From Actinomycetota bacterium (GTDB taxonomy: Bacteria > Actinomycetota > UBA4738): DNA of 64,000 nt. Below the pieces are notes generated by a model. The model searched no databases. It was not told the DNA's origin and was given only the letters and a program-made list of their open reading frames with translations. How positions within the stretch are numbered: the stretch's first letter is position 1; every line of letters starts with the position of its first letter. Location: NCBI GenBank assembly GCA_050692195.1, contig JBOGVA010000093.1, positions 5,459 through 69,458 of the forward strand, in the 5' to 3' direction. Shown here one piece after another: positions 1-11,751 of this stretch. A program made the translations under genes and the position numbers.

Positions 1-501
<501 letters not shown>

Positions 502-559
502 GCCTCACTCCTCGATGTCCCGGGCCCTCTCGTTAGGGCCTCGGAGGCGCAATTACCTC

Positions 560-1102
560 ATGCGCGTGGTTGAGCCCCCGGGCCTGGGGATCGACGGCGT
601 CCAACTGGTCCCTCTCACATCCCACCAGGACGATCGAGGGTCGGTCACCGAGGTGTACCGGCGGTCATGGACCCCCGGGGTGAGCGAGATGGTCCAGGGG
701 AACCTCTCCATCTCTCGGGCCGGAGTGCTCCGGGGGCTGCATTTCCATCGCAAGCAGGCCGACTACTGGTTCGTGGTCAGTGGGATGGCCTTCATCGGGC
801 TCTACGACCTGCGGGTCGGCTCGCCCAGCGAGGGCAGGAAGGCGGAGATCCGGCTCTCCGCGGATGAGCAGCGTTCCGCCCTGTATATCCCGAAGGGCGT
901 CGCCCACGGCTTCTACGCGGAGACCGACCTGGTCCTGCAATACCTGGTCGATCAGTACTTCGCGGGGGAGGATGAGTTCGGGATCGCCTGGGATGACCCC
1001 GAGGTGGGCATCGAATGGCCCGGGAGACATCCGGTGCTGTCCGAGCGTGACCGGAGGAGCCCGACGCTTGCCTCGGTCCGCGAGAGGGCCCCGGCATTCT
1101 GA
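560..1102 (+). CDS. rmlC: dTDP-4-dehydrorhamnose 3,5-epimerase-like cupin
   Basis: The ORF translation contains DDRGSVTEVYR...RGLHFH...YIPKGVAHGF...EDEFGIAWDDPEVGIEWP, as expected for RmlC. I chose ATG 560 (GGAGG sits 11 nt upstream) over the ORF-track start at 515. Confidence 0.8.
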   Translation: MRVVEPPGLGIDGVQLVPLTSHQDDRGSVTEVYRRSWTPGVSEMVQGNLSISRAGVLRGLHFHRKQADYWFVVSGMAFIGLYDLRVGSPSEGRKAEIRLSADEQRSALYIPKGVAHGFYAETDLVLQYLVDQYFAGEDEFGIAWDDPEVGIEWPGRHPVLSERDRRSPTLASVRERAPAF

Positions 1103-1164
1103 GGGCGGCAGCGGCGGGCCACTCTAGCTCCAGGGCCGGAAAGACATTTCCGCAGGTCGGTGCG

Positions 1165-1194
1165 TTGACATCGCCCCTTCCCGGTAGGTAGCAT
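1165..1194 (+). promoter_or_regulatory. Candidate sigma-70-type promoter for the rpsL-rpsG-fusA-tuf operon
   Basis: TTGACA at 1165-1170, an 18-nt spacer, then TAGCAT at 1189-1194. This would give a 5' leader of about 165 nt, which contains a GGGAGC/GCTCCC hairpin at 1253-1276. Confidence 0.45.
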
Positions 1195-1358
1195 CTGTGG
1201 TTGCGGCTCGGTCGCCGAGTCGTATGTTTTGCGCGTCTTGAAGACCCCTAAAGGGAGCGCGATCCTGATTGCTCCCTGGGCCGGACCGACCGGTCCGCCT
1301 TGAAGTCCGATTTGAGACGGGGCGAGACAACGAGAGCACGAGTGCAGACGAGAGAGCT

Positions 1359-1730
1359 ATGCCGACCGTACAGCAGCTTGTCAGGAATGGGCGACGCCGC
1401 CCGCGGAGGAAGACCAAGAGCCCAGCGCTCAGGGGATCTCCGCAGCGACGCGGCGTCTGTACTCGCGTCGCCACGATCACCCCGAAGAAGCCGAACTCCG
1501 CGCTCCGCAAGATAGCTCGAGTCCGCCTGACCACAGGCGTCGAGGTCACGGCCTACATCCCAGGCATCGGCCACAACCTTCAAGAGCACTCCATCGTCCT
1601 GGTGCGCGCAGGGCGGGTCAGAGACCTCCCCGGCGTCCGGTACAAGATCATCCGTGGGACTCTCGATACCGCGGGAGTCCGAGACCGCAAGAAGGCCCGT
1701 TCCCGATACGGCGCCAAGGCGAGCGCATAG
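1359..1730 (+). CDS. rpsL: 30S ribosomal protein S12
   Basis: [13 protein letters not shown]...[10 protein letters not shown]...; ATG at 1359 lies inside the longer track ORF 1269..1730. Confidence 0.97.
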   Translation: MPTVQQLVRNGRRRPRRKTKSPALRGSPQRRGVCTRVATITPKKPNSALRKIARVRLTTGVEVTAYIPGIGHNLQEHSIVLVRAGRVRDLPGVRYKIIRGTLDTAGVRDRKKARSRYGAKASA

Positions 1731-1740
1731 GGAGAAGGCC

Positions 1741-2211
1741 ATGCCCCGAAAAGGACCGGCGACCAAGCGCGAGATCCAGGCGGATCCCATCTATCAGAAC
1801 CCGCTGGTCACGCAGTTGATCAACAAGATCCTGCTGAACGGCAAGAAAGCACTGTCCGAGCGCGTTGTGTACAAGGCTCTGGAGATCATCAGCGAGCGCA
1901 CGGCGAACGACCCGGTCATCACGCTGAAGAAGGCAGTAGACAACGCGCGGCCCCTGCTGGAGACACGGTCACGCCGGGTGGGAGGTGCCTCCTACCAGGT
2001 CCCCGTGGAGGTCCGGCCTCACCGAGGGACCACGCTGGCCTTGCGGTGGTTGGTGAACTACTCCAGGGCCAGGAAAGAGCACTCGATGGCCGAGCGGCTG
2101 GTGGGCGAGATCATGGACGCGGCCAGTAGCCAGGGGGCATCCGTGAAGCGGCGCGAGGACATGCACAAGATGGCCGAGGCGAATAAGGCCTTCGCCCACT
2201 ACAGATGGTGA
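1741..2211 (+). CDS. rpsG: 30S ribosomal protein S7
   Basis: [31 protein letters not shown]...; ATG at 1741. Confidence 0.97.
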   Translation: MPRKGPATKREIQADPIYQNPLVTQLINKILLNGKKALSERVVYKALEIISERTANDPVITLKKAVDNARPLLETRSRRVGGASYQVPVEVRPHRGTTLALRWLVNYSRARKEHSMAERLVGEIMDAASSQGASVKRREDMHKMAEANKAFAHYRW

Positions 2212-2282
2212 CGGCCAAGGTGATCGAGGAGGAAGACGTGGCCGGGCCTGAGAGCCCGGCGCTACGGGGGGAGGCCCTCTAG

Positions 2283-4454
2283 ATGGCCACCCCGGCGAGG
2301 AAGTTGCAGATGGCGCAAGCGGCGAAGGAACCGGTGAGACAGGCACCCGGAGGGGCCCGCAAGGCCCTGGTCATCCGGGAGTACCCGCTCGTCCGCACGC
2401 GCAACATCGGGATCATGGCCCACATCGACGCGGGCAAGACCACCACCACCGAACGGATCCTGTATTACACGGGCAAGTCCTACAAGGTCGGAGAGGTACA
2501 CGAGGGCACCGCTCAGATGGACTGGATGGTGCAGGAGAAGGAGCGGGGCATCACCATCACCTCCGCCGCCACCACCTGCCGGTGGAAGGACCACTGGATC
2601 AACATCATCGATACCCCCGGCCACGTCGACTTCACGGTCGAGGTCGAGCGTTCGCTTCGAGTGCTGGACGGGGCGGTGGCCATCTTCGACGCGGTGGCGG
2701 GGGTGGAACCCCAGAGCGAGACGGTGTGGCGGCAGGCCGATCGGTACCACGTGCCTCGGATCTGCTTCGTCAACAAGATGGACCGGGTGGGGGCCGACTT
2801 CGAGCGAACGGTCGGGATGATCGAGGACCGCCTGCACGCGGTCCCGCTGGTGATCCAGTTGCCGTGGGGGGTCGAGTCCTCGTTCGTCGGCGTCATCGAC
2901 CTAATCGAGATGAAGGGTCTGCGCTGGGAAGAGGGCATGGGGGAGTCCTGGGAGACGGTCGAGGTTCCCCCGGAGCTCGAAGAAAAGGCTCAGGCCGGCC
3001 GGCACCGCCTGTTCGAGCAACTCGCCGACCACGACGAGGCCCTGTTCGAGAAGTACGTCCACGGCCGGGAAGCCACTCCGGACGAGCTGCGGAGGGCGCT
3101 TCGGAAGGCCACGCTGGAGGGCACCGGCACGCCGGTGCTTTGCGGATCGGCGTTCAGGAACAAGGGGATCCAGCCGCTGCTCGACGCCGTGGTGGCCTTC
3201 CTGCCTTCTCCTGCGGACGTGCCTCCCATGCGCGGGATGGCCCCCCACGGCCGCGAGGAGATCGTGAGGCCGGCAAGCGACGACGAGCCGTTCTCGGCAC
3301 TGGCCTTCAAGATCATGTCCGACCCCTTCGTCGGCAGACTCACCTACATCCGTTTGTATTCGGGGACCTTGAGGGCAGGCGCGCACGTGGAGAACTCGAC
3401 CAAGGGCCGGAAGGAACGAGTGGGGCGCATCCTCCAGATGCACGCCAACCACCGCGAGGACATGGATGCCGCCTTCACCGGAGACATCGTGGCCGTAGTT
3501 GGACTGAAGCACACCACCACGGGTGACACGCTGTGCGACCCGGCCACCCCGATCATCCTCGAGGCGATGTCGTTCCCCACGCCGGTGGTGTCCGTGGCCA
3601 TCGAGCCAAAGACCAAGGCAGACCAGGACAAGCTGGCCACCGCCCTGGCCAAGCTGGCAGACGAGGATCCGACCTTCATCGTCAGGTTCAACGACGAGAC
3701 CGGGCAGACCCTGATCTCGGGGATGGGCGAGCTTCACCTCGAGGTGCTGGTGGACCGCCTGACCCGCGAATTCAACGTGGGGGCAAACGTCGGGAAGCCT
3801 CAGGTGGCCTACCGGGAGACCATTCGGAAGGCCGTTCGTGGAGTGGAGGTCCGGTACATCCGCCAGACCGGCGGTCGGGGGCAGTACGGTCACGTGGTCA
3901 TCGACCTGGAGCCGACCGGCCCGGGCGGCGGCTACGAGTTCGTGAACAAGATCGTCGGCGGAACGATCCCGCGCGAGTACATCCCCTCGGTGGACCAGGG
4001 GATCCAGGAGGCACTCGAGTCGGGGGTCCTGGCCGGGTACCCGATGGTGGACGTAAGAGCCACGCTCGTCGACGGCTCCTATCACGAGGTGGACTCTTCC
4101 GAGATCGCCTTCAAGATCGCAGGCCAGATGGCCTTGCGCGAGGCCGCCCGTAAGGCCGACCCGGTCCTGCTGGAGCCGGTCATGTCGTTCGAGATCCTTA
4201 CGCCGGAGGAATTCATGGGCGAGGTCATGGGCGACGTGACCGCCCGCCGTGGCCGGATCGAGCACATCGACGAGCGCGGCGGGATGAGGGCGATCAGGGT
4301 GTTGGTCCCCCTGGCCGAACTGTTCGGCTACGCCACGGACCTGAGGTCGAAGACGCAGGGGCGTGCATCCCATACGCCCATGCAGTTGCACGCGTACCGG
4401 GAGGTCCCTGCCCAGATCTCCAAAGAGATCGTGGCACGGGTCAGAGGTGAATAG
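2283..4454 (+). CDS. fusA: Elongation factor G
   Basis: [24 protein letters not shown] and DTPGHVDF G-domain motifs, 723 aa. It has about 25 more N-terminal residues than typical EF-G. GGGGGAGG lies upstream of ATG 2283. Confidence 0.95.
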   Translation: MATPARKLQMAQAAKEPVRQAPGGARKALVIREYPLVRTRNIGIMAHIDAGKTTTTERILYYTGKSYKVGEVHEGTAQMDWMVQEKERGITITSAATTCRWKDHWINIIDTPGHVDFTVEVERSLRVLDGAVAIFDAVAGVEPQSETVWRQADRYHVPRICFVNKMDRVGADFERTVGMIEDRLHAVPLVIQLPWGVESSFVGVIDLIEMKGLRWEEGMGESWETVEVPPELEEKAQAGRHRLFEQLADHDEALFEKYVHGREATPDELRRALRKATLEGTGTPVLCGSAFRNKGIQPLLDAVVAFLPSPADVPPMRGMAPHGREEIVRPASDDEPFSALAFKIMSDPFVGRLTYIRLYSGTLRAGAHVENSTKGRKERVGRILQMHANHREDMDAAFTGDIVAVVGLKHTTTGDTLCDPATPIILEAMSFPTPVVSVAIEPKTKADQDKLATALAKLADEDPTFIVRFNDETGQTLISGMGELHLEVLVDRLTREFNVGANVGKPQVAYRETIRKAVRGVEVRYIRQTGGRGQYGHVVIDLEPTGPGGGYEFVNKIVGGTIPREYIPSVDQGIQEALESGVLAGYPMVDVRATLVDGSYHEVDSSEIAFKIAGQMALREAARKADPVLLEPVMSFEILTPEEFMGEVMGDVTARRGRIEHIDERGGMRAIRVLVPLAELFGYATDLRSKTQGRASHTPMQLHAYREVPAQISKEIVARVRGE

Positions 4455-4498
4455 GTAGAGAGGAAGGTGGGGCCGGGGGGCCCCGGAAGGAGCAGGAG

Positions 4499-5683
4499 AT
4501 GGCGAAGAAGAAGTTCGAGAGGACGAAGCCGCACGTCAACATCGGGACGATCGGCCACATCGACCACGGCAAGACCACCCTGACCGCGGCGATCACCAAG
4601 GTGCTGGCCGAGAAGGGTCTGGCCGATTACACGCCGTTCGACCAGATCGACAAGGCGCCCGAGGAGAAGGAGCGAGGCATCACGATCGCCATCGCCCACG
4701 TGGAGTACCAGACGGAGAACCGCCACTACGCGCACGTGGACTGCCCCGGCCACGCCGACTACATCAAGAACATGATCACCGGAGCCGCTCAGATGGACGG
4801 GGCCATCCTGGTGGTCTCGGCGGCCGACGGCCCGATGCCGCAAACGCGCGAGCATGTCCTTCTGGCTCGCCAGGTCGGCGTTCCGTACATCGTGGTCTTC
4901 CTCAACAAGGCCGACATGGTGGACGACCCCGAGCTGCTCGACCTGGTCGAGCTGGAAGTCCGGGAGCTCCTCACGTCCTACGAGTTCCCCGGCGACGACG
5001 TCCCGGTCATCACCGGCTCGGCCCTGAAGGCGCTGGAGGGCGACGCGGAGGCCAAGGCCAAGATCGAGGAGCTCCTCAGCGCGTGTGACAACTTCGTCCC
5101 CGAGCCGGTCCGCGATGTGGACAAGCCATTCCTCATGCCGATCGAGGACATCTTCTCGATCACCGGGCGCGGCACCGTGGCTACCGGACGGGTGGAGCGC
5201 GGAAAGCTCAAGAAGATGGAGGAAGTGGAGATCGTCGGGATCCGGCCCACCCGCAAGACCGTGGCCACGGACCTGGAGATGTTCCGCAAGCTCCTGGACG
5301 ACGTCCAGGCCGGCGACAACGTGGGCGTCCTGCTCCGCGGGATCGACAAGGACGAGATCGAGCGCGGCCAGGTCCTGGCCAAGCCCGGGTCGATCACGCC
5401 GCACACAGAGTTCGAGGCCCAGGTGTACGTACTGTCGAAGGAGGAAGGCGGTCGGCACACGCCGTTCTTCGCGAACTACCGCCCGCAGTTCTACTTCAGG
5501 ACGACCGACGTCACCGGCACGATCAAACTCGCCGAGGGAACCGAGATGGTGATGCCGGGCGACAACACGACGATGACCGTCGAGCTGATCAGCCCCATCG
5601 CGATGGAAGAGGGACTGCGGTTCGCGATCCGCGAGGGCGGCCGCACCGTTGGCGCCGGAAGGGTTACCAAGATCCTCACATGA
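4499..5683 (+). CDS. tuf: Elongation factor Tu
   Basis: [33 protein letters not shown]...DCPGHADY...; 394 aa. Confidence 0.98.
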   Translation: MAKKKFERTKPHVNIGTIGHIDHGKTTLTAAITKVLAEKGLADYTPFDQIDKAPEEKERGITIAIAHVEYQTENRHYAHVDCPGHADYIKNMITGAAQMDGAILVVSAADGPMPQTREHVLLARQVGVPYIVVFLNKADMVDDPELLDLVELEVRELLTSYEFPGDDVPVITGSALKALEGDAEAKAKIEELLSACDNFVPEPVRDVDKPFLMPIEDIFSITGRGTVATGRVERGKLKKMEEVEIVGIRPTRKTVATDLEMFRKLLDDVQAGDNVGVLLRGIDKDEIERGQVLAKPGSITPHTEFEAQVYVLSKEEGGRHTPFFANYRPQFYFRTTDVTGTIKLAEGTEMVMPGDNTTMTVELISPIAMEEGLRFAIREGGRTVGAGRVTKILT

Positions 5684-5855
5684 CGTGCTGGACGACGACG
5701 CTCGCCTTCGCACCGCGTGGACTCACGCCTGGTCGCCCGCTGCTCCGGCGCGTAGCCGCCGGGGGCCCCCCGCGATCGAGCCGAAGGCGAGCGAGTGGGG
5801 GTGGCGGCGTCAACAGCCGGCCGTCGGCCCAGCGCGCTTCCGAAGGCGGGGCGTG

Positions 5856-6164
5856 ATGGCTGGACCGCGGATCCGGATCAAGCTTCGCGGGTATGACCAC
5901 CAGATCCTCGACGCGGCTGCCCGGGACATAGTCGACCACGTCACTCGCACGGGAGCCAGGGTAGTGGGGCCTGTCCCGCTGCCTACCGAGAGGAACCTCT
6001 ACACGGTGATCCGTGGCCCCCACAAGGACAAGGACAGCCGCGAGCACTTCCAGATGCTCACGCACAAGCGGCTCATCGACATCATGGATGCCACCTCGAA
6101 GACGGTTCAGGAGCTCCAGCGCCTGAACCTCTCGGCGGGCGTGGATATCGAGATCAAGCTGTAG
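5856..6164 (+). CDS. rpsJ: 30S ribosomal protein S10
   Basis: [19 protein letters not shown]...; ATG at 5856 lies inside track ORF 5649..6164. Confidence 0.96.
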   Translation: MAGPRIRIKLRGYDHQILDAAARDIVDHVTRTGARVVGPVPLPTERNLYTVIRGPHKDKDSREHFQMLTHKRLIDIMDATSKTVQELQRLNLSAGVDIEIKL

Positions 6165-6173
6165 GGGCGGACC

Positions 6174-6836
6174 ATGGGAGCGGCCAAGGGGATCATCGGG
6201 ACCAAGCTCGGGATGACCCAGATCTTCACGGACGACTCGAGAGCGGTTCCCGTCACCATCATCCAGGCGGGCCCATGCCTGGTCACGCAGGTCAAGACCA
6301 CGGAGCGGGACGGATACGAGGCCGTCCAGCTCGCCTACGCCGAGGCCCGCCGTGGGAAGAGCTCAAAGCCGATGGCAGGTCACTTCGACGCGGCGGGAGT
6401 CAAGCCGGCCCGCCACCTGGTGGAACTTCGCACCGACGGGGCGTCGGAGTTCAGTCCGGGCCAGCGGATCACGGTCGACATCTTCCAGCCGGGTGAGCAC
6501 ACCGACGTGGTGGGTGTCTCCAAGGGGAAGGGATTCGCCGGAGTCATGAAGCGCCACGGGTTCGCCGGGATGGGGGCTTCGCACGGCACCAAGCGCAAGC
6601 ACCGCTCACCCGGCGCCATAGGTGCGTGCGCCACGCCTTCGCGGGTATTCAAGGGCACCAGGATGGCCGGTCAGATGGGCAACGAGCGAGTGACGGTGCT
6701 CAACCTCGAGGTGGTCGAGTCGGACCCCGAACGCAACCTCCTCCTCCTCAGGGGCGCCGTTCCCGGCCCGCCGGGCGGTCTGGTCATGGTCCGATCGAGC
6801 GTCAAGACCGGTGAGACCGGGCGGAGGCACCACTGA
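6174..6836 (+). CDS. rplC: 50S ribosomal protein L3
   Basis: [16 protein letters not shown]...[14 protein letters not shown]...; S10-operon position. Confidence 0.96.
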   Translation: MGAAKGIIGTKLGMTQIFTDDSRAVPVTIIQAGPCLVTQVKTTERDGYEAVQLAYAEARRGKSSKPMAGHFDAAGVKPARHLVELRTDGASEFSPGQRITVDIFQPGEHTDVVGVSKGKGFAGVMKRHGFAGMGASHGTKRKHRSPGAIGACATPSRVFKGTRMAGQMGNERVTVLNLEVVESDPERNLLLLRGAVPGPPGGLVMVRSSVKTGETGRRHH

Positions 6837-7528
6837 TGTCGACCGTCGACGTCCACGACGTGAAGGGGGCGGTCCTGGAGCAGCGGGAGCTCCCAGCCGA
6901 ACTCTTCGACGGGCCCATCAGCATCCCGGTGATGCATCAGGTGGTGGTGGCCGGAGCGGCCGCGCAGCGCGCGGGCACTCACTCCACCAAGACGCGAGGC
7001 GAGGTCCGGGGCGGGGGCCGCAAGCCGTGGCGACAGAAGGGGACCGGGCGTGCCAGGCATGGCTCGATTCGATCCCCCATCTGGTCCGGCGGAGGCGTGG
7101 CTCATGGGCCGGTGCCCCGCGACCACGCCAAGAAGGTGAACAAGAAGATGAGGAGGGCCGCCCTGCGTTCGGCGCTCACCGACGCTGTCCAGAGTGGCAA
7201 GCTCGCCGTCGTCCAGGGACTGGCGTTCGACGGGCCCCGAACCAAGGACGCCCAGGCCGTCCTGGAGGCCCTCGGCCTCGAGGGGCTCGTTCTGGTGGTC
7301 ATCGCCCGTCCCGACGAAGCGGTGGAGAAGTCCTTTCGGAATCTCCCCCAGGTGAAGATCGACTACCCGGGGAACCTGTCGACCTATGACCTGCTGTATG
7401 CCGACCGGGTGTTGTTCACCACCGACGCGCTCGACGTCCTCTCCGGCGTGGTCAGAGGGCAGCCAGACGCCGGAGGTGCGGGGACCGACACAGGCGGATC
7501 GGCGGCGGACACGGAGGTGGAGCGGTGA
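6836..7528 (+). CDS. rplD: 50S ribosomal protein L4
   Basis: ...[46 protein letters not shown]...; TGATG overlap with rplC. Confidence 0.95.
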   Translation: MSTVDVHDVKGAVLEQRELPAELFDGPISIPVMHQVVVAGAAAQRAGTHSTKTRGEVRGGGRKPWRQKGTGRARHGSIRSPIWSGGGVAHGPVPRDHAKKVNKKMRRAALRSALTDAVQSGKLAVVQGLAFDGPRTKDAQAVLEALGLEGLVLVVIARPDEAVEKSFRNLPQVKIDYPGNLSTYDLLYADRVLFTTDALDVLSGVVRGQPDAGGAGTDTGGSAADTEVER

Positions 7529-7818
7529 AGAGCCCGCGTGACGTCGTCATCCGCCCCGTCGTCTCGGAGAAGTCCTACGCGGGCCTCGAGCGCAACACCT
7601 ACACGTTCCTCGTGGACGGGAAGGCCAACAAGACCGAGATCAAGGAGGCCATCCAGCAGATCTGGAACGTTCGGGTCGTGAACGTGAACACCCTGAACCG
7701 CCAGGGAAAGGTGAAGCGAACCCGGGTGGGCACCGGGCGCCGGCCTGACCAGAAGCGCGCCATCGTGACCATCGCGCAGGGGGACTCGATCGAGATCTTC
7801 GAGGCGAAGGGACCGTAG
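7525..7818 (+). CDS. rplW: 50S ribosomal protein L23
   Basis: ...[11 protein letters not shown]...[18 protein letters not shown]...; operon position. Confidence 0.95.
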   Translation: MKSPRDVVIRPVVSEKSYAGLERNTYTFLVDGKANKTEIKEAIQQIWNVRVVNVNTLNRQGKVKRTRVGTGRRPDQKRAIVTIAQGDSIEIFEAKGP

Positions 7819-7820
7819 GC

Positions 7821-8648
7821 ATGGCCGTGCGCAAGTACAAGCCGACCACCCCTGGAAGACGAGGGGCCAGCGTCTCCGACTTCGCCGAGATCACGCGGAA
7901 CCGGCCCGAGAAGGCGCTGACCAAGCCGCTGAAGAAGCGGGCCGGACGGAATGCCCAGGGGCGAATCACCGCCCGGCGTCAGGGGGGAGGCCACAAGCGC
8001 CAGTATCGGGTGATCGACTTCCGGCGGAACAAGGACGGGGTTCCGGCAAGGGTCGCCGCCATCGAGTACGACCCCAACAGGTCGGCCCGGATCGCCCTCC
8101 TGCATTACCTGGACGGAGACAAGCGGTACATCCTTGCCCCTCAGGGCCTGGCGGTCGGCCACCGTCTGGTATCGGGGGCCGCCGCGGACATCCGCCCGGG
8201 CAACGCCCTGCCCCTGGCCAGCATCCCGGTCGGCACGATCGTGCACGCGGTCGAGCTGAAGCCGGGGGCAGGCGCGAAGATGGCGCGCTCTGCCGGGACC
8301 GGGGTCCAGCTCCTGGCAAAGGAAGGCGGCTTCGCCACCTTGCGGATGCCGTCCGGCGAGATCCGCTTGGTGGACGCCCAGTGCCGGGCCACCGTCGGCG
8401 AGGTGGGAAACCCCGAGCACGAGCTCGTATCCTGGGGAAAGGCGGGTCGCCGTCGCTGGCTTGGGACACGCCCCTCGGTTCGTGGCGTGGCCATGAACCC
8501 GGTGGATCATCCCATGGGCGGAGGGGAGGGCAAGTCGAGCGGCGGGCGCCACCCGACCAGTCCCTGGGGAAAGAAGGAAGGCCGGACCCGCCAGCCCAAG
8601 CCGTCGGACAAGCTCATCGTGCGGCGGCGTGGCAAGCGGAGAAGCTGA
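7821..8648 (+). CDS. rplB: 50S ribosomal protein L2
   Basis: [15 protein letters not shown]...[13 protein letters not shown]...[18 protein letters not shown]... Confidence 0.97.
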   Translation: MAVRKYKPTTPGRRGASVSDFAEITRNRPEKALTKPLKKRAGRNAQGRITARRQGGGHKRQYRVIDFRRNKDGVPARVAAIEYDPNRSARIALLHYLDGDKRYILAPQGLAVGHRLVSGAAADIRPGNALPLASIPVGTIVHAVELKPGAGAKMARSAGTGVQLLAKEGGFATLRMPSGEIRLVDAQCRATVGEVGNPEHELVSWGKAGRRRWLGTRPSVRGVAMNPVDHPMGGGEGKSSGGRHPTSPWGKKEGRTRQPKPSDKLIVRRRGKRRS

Positions 8649-8669
8649 TCGGCAGATTGGAGGATCGGT

Positions 8670-8954
8670 ATGCCCCGTTCCATCAAGAAAGGGCCGTTCG
8701 TCGATGACCATCTGATGTCGAAGGTCGTCGAGATGAACCGGCGCGGGGACAAGCGGGTGATCAGGACGTGGTCGCGCCGCTCCACTGTGGTGCCCGAGAT
8801 GGTCGGCCACACCATCGCCGTGCACGACGGAAGGAAGCACGTGCCCGTGTTCATCACCGAGTCCATGGTCGGCCACAAGCTCGGAGAGTTCGCTGCCACG
8901 CGAACCTTCCGGACCCACGGCCATCACACCGAGCGCAGCACGGCGCTGAAGTGA
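8670..8954 (+). CDS. rpsS: 30S ribosomal protein S19
   Basis: [19 protein letters not shown]...[29 protein letters not shown]... Confidence 0.97.
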   Translation: MPRSIKKGPFVDDHLMSKVVEMNRRGDKRVIRTWSRRSTVVPEMVGHTIAVHDGRKHVPVFITESMVGHKLGEFAATRTFRTHGHHTERSTALK

Positions 8955-8973
8955 ATAGGAAAGTGGGGGTCAA

Positions 8974-9059
8974 GGGGGGCAGCAGCTCCGCGGAGCGAAG
9001 CGGAGCGGATCAAGCTGCTGCAGTCCCCCTGGTCGAAGGGATCCGCCGGCAGGCGGATC
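8974..9059 (+). other. Two stable hairpins in the unusually long rpsS-rplV spacer
   Basis: Hairpin 1: GGGGGGCAGCAGCT (8974-8987) pairs with AGCTGCTGCAGTCCCCC (9013-9029). Hairpin 2: GATCCGCC (9040-9047), loop GGCA, GGCGGATC (9052-9059). The rplV RBS GAGGGAG follows directly. Confidence 0.5.
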
Positions 9060-9072
9060 ACTGAGAGGGAGC

Positions 9073-9432
9073 ATGGAAGCCCAGGCAACGGCACGGTTCG
9101 TCCGGATCTCGCCACGGAAGTTGCGGCGATCGGTCGACCTCATCCGGGGGCAGCACGTGGAAGACGCCCGCCGGATCCTGCACCTATCCCCGCTCGGAGC
9201 CAACCGGACGCTGGTCAAGGTGCTGGACTCCGCGGTGGCCAACGCGGAGCAGAGGCAGGCCATCCCGGAGAACCTGGTGGTGTTGCGGGTTTGGGTGGAT
9301 GAAGGGCCGACGCTGCGCAGATGGCGCCCGCGCGCGTACGGCCGGGCTGCCAGGATCCGCAAGAGGACCAGCCACGTCACCGTGGTCGTCAGGTCGTTGG
9401 AGGAAGAGGTGAGCGGTGGGGCAGAAGGTTAA
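9073..9432 (+). CDS. rplV: 50S ribosomal protein L22
   Basis: [32 protein letters not shown]...; operon position. Confidence 0.95.
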   Translation: MEAQATARFVRISPRKLRRSVDLIRGQHVEDARRILHLSPLGANRTLVKVLDSAVANAEQRQAIPENLVVLRVWVDEGPTLRRWRPRAYGRAARIRKRTSHVTVVVRSLEEEVSGGAEG

Positions 9433-10294
9433 TCCATACGGGTTCAGGCTGGGCGTGATCTACCCGTGGAAGTCCAAATGGTACGCACGGAAGGACTACG
9501 CCCAAGCGCTCCACGAGGACGTGAGGATCCGGCGCTATATCACGGGCAAGCTGACCCGGGCCGGCATCTCCAGCGTCGACATCGAGCGGAAGGGCGATCA
9601 GGTCCAGGTGTTCGTCCGGACCGCTCGTCCGGGCATCGTGATCGGCCGAAAGGGAGCCGAGGTCGACCGGATCCGCAAGGACGTGGAGAAGATCACAGGC
9701 AAGCGCGTGGACGTGAAGGTGGAGGACATGAACCAGTCCGCGAGCGAGCTGCGACCCGAGACCGACGCGGCCCTCCTGGCCCAGGGGACGGCCGAGCAGT
9801 TGGTTGGGCGGGTCTCCTTTCGCCGAGCGATGCGCCGGACCGTGCAGACCGCGATGAAGTCGGGAGCCTTGGGGGTGCGCGTCCAGTGCGGTGGCCGTCT
9901 GGGCGGTGCGGAGATGTCCCGCCGCGAGTGGTATCGGGAGGGCCGGGTCCCCCTGCACACGATTCGGGCGAAGATCGACTACGGCACGGCGGAGGCAAAG
10001 ACGACGTTCGGAGTCATCGGCGTGAAGGTCTGGGTGTATCACGGGGATGAGATCCCGACGCAGGAATTGGAGATGGAGCGAGCCAGGGCCCGAGCGCTGG
10101 CCGGGGTGCCCGTGGGGAGTTCGGGCGGAGCCTCCACGGGAGCGCTGATCACCGACGTGCGCGAGATCGAGGAAGGGGTGCCGGTCCCCGCGACCGAGCC
10201 CCGCGAGGAAAAGGCGGAGCCGGCGCGCCCCGCCGGACGCAGGCCGGGCGGGACCAGGTCGGGCGCTTCGAAGCGGCCGGGAGGACGTTCCTAG
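9416..10294 (+). CDS. rpsC: 30S ribosomal protein S3 with a Pro/Gly/Arg-rich C-terminal extension
   Basis: [23 protein letters not shown]... (KH domain). GTG start at 9416. 292 aa. Confidence 0.95.
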   Translation: MGQKVNPYGFRLGVIYPWKSKWYARKDYAQALHEDVRIRRYITGKLTRAGISSVDIERKGDQVQVFVRTARPGIVIGRKGAEVDRIRKDVEKITGKRVDVKVEDMNQSASELRPETDAALLAQGTAEQLVGRVSFRRAMRRTVQTAMKSGALGVRVQCGGRLGGAEMSRREWYREGRVPLHTIRAKIDYGTAEAKTTFGVIGVKVWVYHGDEIPTQELEMERARARALAGVPVGSSGGASTGALITDVREIEEGVPVPATEPREEKAEPARPAGRRPGGTRSGASKRPGGRS

Positions 10295-10714
10295 GTGCTG
10301 CAGCCGAAGAAAGTCAAGCACCGCAAGCAACACCGCGGCCGCATGCGCGGCCGAGCCAAGGGCGGCACCGAAGTGCACTTCGGGGACTACGGCCTGCTCG
10401 CGCTGGAGCCCGGATGGATCACGAACCGCCAGATCGAGGCCGCCCGCGTGGCCATGACCAGACACATCCGCCGGGGCGGAAAGGTCTGGATCAACATTTT
10501 TCCGGACAAACCGGTCACCAAGAAGCCCGCGGAGACGCGGATGGGCTCCGGGAAGGGAAACCCGGAGGGATGGGTAGCGGTGGTCAAGCCCGGGAGGGTC
10601 ATGTTCGAGCTCTCAGGAGTTGCCGAGCCGATCGCGCGCGAGGCGATGAGTCGCGCCGCGCACAAGTTGCCGATCAGGTCGAAGTTCATCGTGCGGGCGG
10701 GGGTGAGCGCCTAG
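10295..10714 (+). CDS. rplP: 50S ribosomal protein L16
   Basis: [24 protein letters not shown]...; GTG start. Confidence 0.96.
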   Translation: MLQPKKVKHRKQHRGRMRGRAKGGTEVHFGDYGLLALEPGWITNRQIEAARVAMTRHIRRGGKVWINIFPDKPVTKKPAETRMGSGKGNPEGWVAVVKPGRVMFELSGVAEPIAREAMSRAAHKLPIRSKFIVRAGVSA

Positions 10715-11083
10715 ATGAAGCCGGCGGAGCTTAGAGACCTTCCGGACGAGGAGCTGCTGACCCGTCTGGAAGGCCAGAAGGAAGAGCTGTTCAACCTTCG
10801 TTTCCAGTCGGCCACCGGGCAGCTCGACAATCCGATGCGGGTCAAGCAGGTCCGACACGATATCGCCCGCATCCTGACGATCCTGCGCGGTCGGCGGTCC
10901 GAGGAAGAGCTGAGGGAAGCGGTCGCGGCGGCCGACCGAGCCTCGTTGGAGCAGCGTCGCGATGCCATCGCCAGCGGTGAGCTCAAGGGCCGATCCCTCG
11001 GCGAGATGGCCGAAGAGTCCTTGATCGAGCAGGAGGCGGCGGAAGGGGCGACGGTGGTTCCAGACCAGGAGGAGAAACAGTGA
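10715..11083 (+). CDS. rpmC: 50S ribosomal protein L29 with a C-terminal extension
   Basis: [55 protein letters not shown]...; 122 aa, longer than the usual 65-80 aa. Confidence 0.9.
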   Translation: MKPAELRDLPDEELLTRLEGQKEELFNLRFQSATGQLDNPMRVKQVRHDIARILTILRGRRSEEELREAVAAADRASLEQRRDAIASGELKGRSLGEMAEESLIEQEAAEGATVVPDQEEKQ

Positions 11084-11337
11084 CGGACCGGAGCGCCCGA
11101 AAGGTGCGGACGGGAGTGGTCGTCTCCGACGCCATGGAGAAGACCGTTGTCGTGCGGATCTCGTCCCAGCTCCGCCATCCGCTCTACGGAAAGACGGTGC
11201 GACGCTCCACCAAGCTCAAGGCTCACGATGAGGGCCAGACCGCCAGCGTCGGTGACACGGTCCGGATCGTGGAGACCCGCCCGTTGTCCAGGACGAAGCG
11301 CTGGCGGGTCGTGGAGATCGTTGAGAAGGCCAGGTAG
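11080..11337 (+). CDS. rpsQ: 30S ribosomal protein S17
   Basis: ...[21 protein letters not shown]...[29 protein letters not shown]... Confidence 0.95.
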   Translation: MTDRSARKVRTGVVVSDAMEKTVVVRISSQLRHPLYGKTVRRSTKLKAHDEGQTASVGDTVRIVETRPLSRTKRWRVVEIVEKAR

Positions 11338-11363
11338 ACGGCTGAGAGGGGACCCACGAGCTC

Positions 11364-11732
11364 ATGATCCAGCAGGAGACCCGGTGTCGGGTCGCGGACA
11401 ACACGGGGGCCAAAGAGGTCCTGTGCATCCGGGTGTTGGGCGGCTCCGCCCGGCGCTACGCAAGCCTGGGCGACATCATCGTGGGTTCGGTGAAGGACGC
11501 GCTGCCGGGAGGCGGAGTGAAGAAGGGGGAGGTTGTCCAGGCGGTCGTGGTCAGGACGGCCAAAGAGCGTCGCCGCCCAGATGGCTCCTACATCAAGTTC
11601 GACGACAACGCGGTCGTGCTGATCAACGAGCAGCGCAACCCTCGCGGCACCCGCATCTTCGGGCCGGTGGCCAGGGAACTCCGGGAGAAGCGCTTCATGA
11701 AGATCATCTCCCTCGCGCCGGAGGTGCTGTAG
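11364..11732 (+). CDS. rplN: 50S ribosomal protein L14
   Basis: [27 protein letters not shown]... Confidence 0.97.
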   Translation: MIQQETRCRVADNTGAKEVLCIRVLGGSARRYASLGDIIVGSVKDALPGGGVKKGEVVQAVVVRTAKERRRPDGSYIKFDDNAVVLINEQRNPRGTRIFGPVARELREKRFMKIISLAPEVL

Positions 11733-11751
11733 CCATGGCGGAGGACATGCG

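Noticed and set aside
1103-1358. tRNA or small RNA gene in the larger intergenic regions (also 5684-5855, 18230-18360, 22623-22737, 37778-37942, 57142-57235 and 59704-59828)
   Set aside because: I found no cloverleaf-compatible sequence or conserved tRNA boxes when reading them. They are better explained as promoters, leaders or terminators. tRNAscan and Infernal were not run, so a small RNA cannot be excluded.
4328-5713. 461-aa minus-strand ORF
   Set aside because: It is antisense to tuf, which is a high-GC artefact.
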